In this document: one piece after another, positions 60,067 to 64,000 of the stretch
Layout: the number at the start of each line of letters is the position of its first letter
Numbering within the stretch: position 1 is the stretch's first letter
Assembly: GCA_000004695.1 (NCBI GenBank)
Contig: CM000153.2
Span: 4,192,001-4,256,000, forward strand
Source: Dictyostelium discoideum
Taxonomy: Eukaryota
Direction of reading: 5' to 3'
DNA: 64,000 nt
Made by a program: the position numbers and the translations under genes
Notes under the pieces: model-generated
What the model was told of the DNA's origin: nothing
Databases searched by the model: none
The model's input: the letters and a program-made list of their open reading frames with translations, nothing else

Positions 60067-60251
60067 GTAGGTAATGAAAAATATTCTTGAAATTTTTTTT
60101 TTTTTTTTTTTTTAAGTTTAAACTTATTTTTTTATTATCATTTTTATTTATTTAAAATTATGTTTATCATATGAGTCATCAAAATTAAACAATTCAATTT
60201 TTTGGGAATAAAATTTTTAAAAAACTCAAAAAAACTAGGACAGCGCATCAA

Positions 60252-60286
<35 letters not shown>

Positions 60287-60374
60287 GAAGTGTGGGTTGA
60301 AAAAAAAAAAAAAAAAAAAAAATTATATTTATTTACTCTCAAGAAGATAAACTTCTAAATGTATATATATAGCG

Positions 60375-62133
<1,759 letters not shown>

Positions 62134-62279
62134 TTTAATTTTAAAAATAATTAAAAATAAAATAAAATAACATATATAAAATAAAATAAAAAAATAAAAA
62201 AAAAAAAGTATTTATATATTGTATATTTTTTAAAAATAAAATTGAAATTGTTGTTGTTCTTGTTGTTGTTTTTTTTTTA

Positions 62280-63550
62280 TTATAATTTATTTTCTAAAAA
62301 CTTTTTATAGAATAAATTACCCCTTGAAACTATATAAAATATTGGAATTTCAGGTATAATATAAGTTGGATGTGAAATAACCTTTGCAATATCAGTTGTA
62401 TGTTTAACTCTAATCCATTTCTTTTCAATTTCTTTAATCTTTATATCTGATAAAATTGGTTTAGTCCAATTTGTTTCAAAATAAACTTCAATACGATCCA
62501 TTGTATATTCTTTCTTTGTATCCCATGGTGCAAATTCTGGATTTTCTGGTGGAAACATCATTTGTAAATGATCACCAAATGTATGATCTTCTTGGAAATC
62601 CATAATAAAATCACTAAATTAAATCAATAAATAAATATTAATATAAAGTGATAATTTTAAAAATATCAATTAATATTTATTATTATTTACCTTTTACCAA
62701 ATTCAGGATATAAAAATACAACTGGAAAATGAACATCATTATTTTGATCAATTGTAACTTTTCTATCGGATTGATAAGTATATTGTGACATATCAAATAT
62801 TTGGTGACCTAATTTATATTTATTTTTTTCATAAAGTTTTGTAGCTAAAAGTTGTTGTTGTTGTTTTAATTGATTTTCTTTATCAATTTTATCTTGTTCA
62901 CGTTTTTTAATATCTTGTAATTTTTTATTAGCATTCTCTCTAATTGTTGATAAATCCTTATTGGTTGGTTCATGTGATAAACCTAAATCACAAGTTTTAA
63001 TTGAATCTTGGTATTTTGATAATTGTAATTGTGCTCTTGCCATACGACTATAGGCTTTCATATTCAATGGATTGAATTCGACTGAGACTGTACAATCTTT
63101 AATTACTAAACCATAATTTCCCAATTCCATATTGATTGCTGCTCTATTTGATAAATAGATTGAATTCTTTGTCATATCATTACACTTGACTGACAATGCT
63201 TTATTATAATAGTAAAGGGCATCATTGAAACGTGATTTACCCTCTCTAAAGTAATCATTACCTAAATTCTTAAAGGTTTCAGCTCTTTCCTCTGGTGTAC
63301 AATCATTTGAAAGTGATTGAAATGCTGCCAAATATTGATTTGATGATGGTTCTTCTGGTAATTCTTGCATGAAAATTGGTAAATCTTTCCAATCATTATC
63401 ATAGTCAATTGGTTTCTCACCTCTATCAATTAATTCTTGATTTGACTTTTTTCTTTCCTCTTTTTGTTGTTTCCATGCTATAACACTTCTTTCCCAAAGA
63501 ATATTTTCTTCTTCTTCTGTTAATCCTCCTGTTGCATCTGCTGTTGACAT
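62280..63550 (-). CDS. TPR-repeat protein, TTC4/Cns1-like Hsp90 co-chaperone (about 397 aa), exons 63550..62691 and 62613..62280
   Basis: ORF 62687..63550 has TPR motifs (AETFKNLGNDYFREGKSRFNDALYYYNKAL, SIYLSNRAAINMELGNYGLVIKDCTVSVEFNPLNMKAYSRMARAQLQL). It ends ..EFGK just before a GTAAAT donor. The acceptor TTTAATTTAG leads in phase into ORF 62280..62603 (..DFIMDFQEDHTFGD..). The second-exon coordinates agree with the supplied ORF track. Confidence 0.7.
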
Positions 63551-63663
63551 TTTTCTTTTTTTTTTTTTCTTAAGTTTTTATCTAAAAATGAAAAATAAAA
63601 AAATAAAAAATAAAACATTACAAAAACGAAAAATTCACTTTCATTTTTTTTTTATTTTAATTT

Positions 63664-63707
<44 letters not shown>

Positions 63708-63796
63708 TGAGATATAAATTTATTTATTTATTTATTGTAGATTCTAATTTGTTATTTTTCTTGATTATTTAAATGAACAACCTTCCATTTATTCTT

Positions 63797-64000
63797 TTAA
63801 CATTCATCGAAAGCTTTTTCTACGTCTTTTAAAAACTCATGATCTTCTTCATCATCAAGCTCTCCTTCACAATAAAGATAATAATTAATACCATTACATT
63901 CATCCTTTCTTTTTATTCCAATTTTAGCATCTTTAAAGTAGTTTGTGGCTATGGTAGTAAATCTCTTAATGTTTTTTCAACAATTTCAATCATCATTTTT
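63797..64000 (-). CDS. Terminal exon (partial) of a gene continuing beyond the window end; acidic C-terminus ..IGIKRKDECNGINYYLYCEGELDDEEDHEFLKDVEKAFDEC
   Basis: On the minus strand the frame is open from the window edge down to the TAA at 63797-63799, with no ATG. A stop lies shortly upstream in frame, so an acceptor must sit near 63985. Confidence 0.3.

Overview
This window is a very AT-rich (~75-80% A+T) eukaryotic nuclear chromosome segment, almost certainly Dictyostelium discoideum or a close dictyostelid. The evidence is in-frame (AAT)n/(CAA)n tracts coding poly-Asn/poly-Gln, short A/T-rich introns with GTAAGT/GTATGT donors and (T)nAG acceptors, long A-runs just before ATGs, and Dictyostelium-like codon usage. 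I find about 27 protein-coding genes on both strands, most with 0-3 short introns. Recognisable orthologues are BTAF1/Mot1 (SNF2 ATPase), an RRM+R3H RNA-binding protein, PIG-C (GPI-GlcNAc transferase subunit), a WD40 protein, SUMO, a minimal FYVE-finger protein, Cdc16/APC6, a heterotrimeric G-protein alpha subunit, a SWEET/MtN3 sugar transporter, an alpha/beta hydrolase, an AIFM2/FSP1-like oxidoreductase, BCKDH E1-alpha, DNAJC3/p58IPK and a TTC4/Cns1-like TPR protein. Lineage-specific content is also present: a tandemly duplicated LRR+EGF receptor-like gene, a dispersed cluster of four F-box-like paralogues, a secreted Ser/Gly tandem-repeat protein, and small Cys-rich secreted/GPI proteins. 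No rRNA, tRNA, CRISPR array, prokaryotic defence system or recognisable transposon (no RT/integrase ORFs, no LTRs) was found, so I see no undescribed biological system here. The most interesting signals are the gene duplication and family expansions, intron-hosted microsatellites, an antisense ORF inside a long intron, C/A-rich candidate promoter elements in AT-rich intergenic DNA, and two places where splice phase or the displayed text could not be reconciled. Exon boundaries were derived by hand and should be taken as accurate to within about 2 nt.
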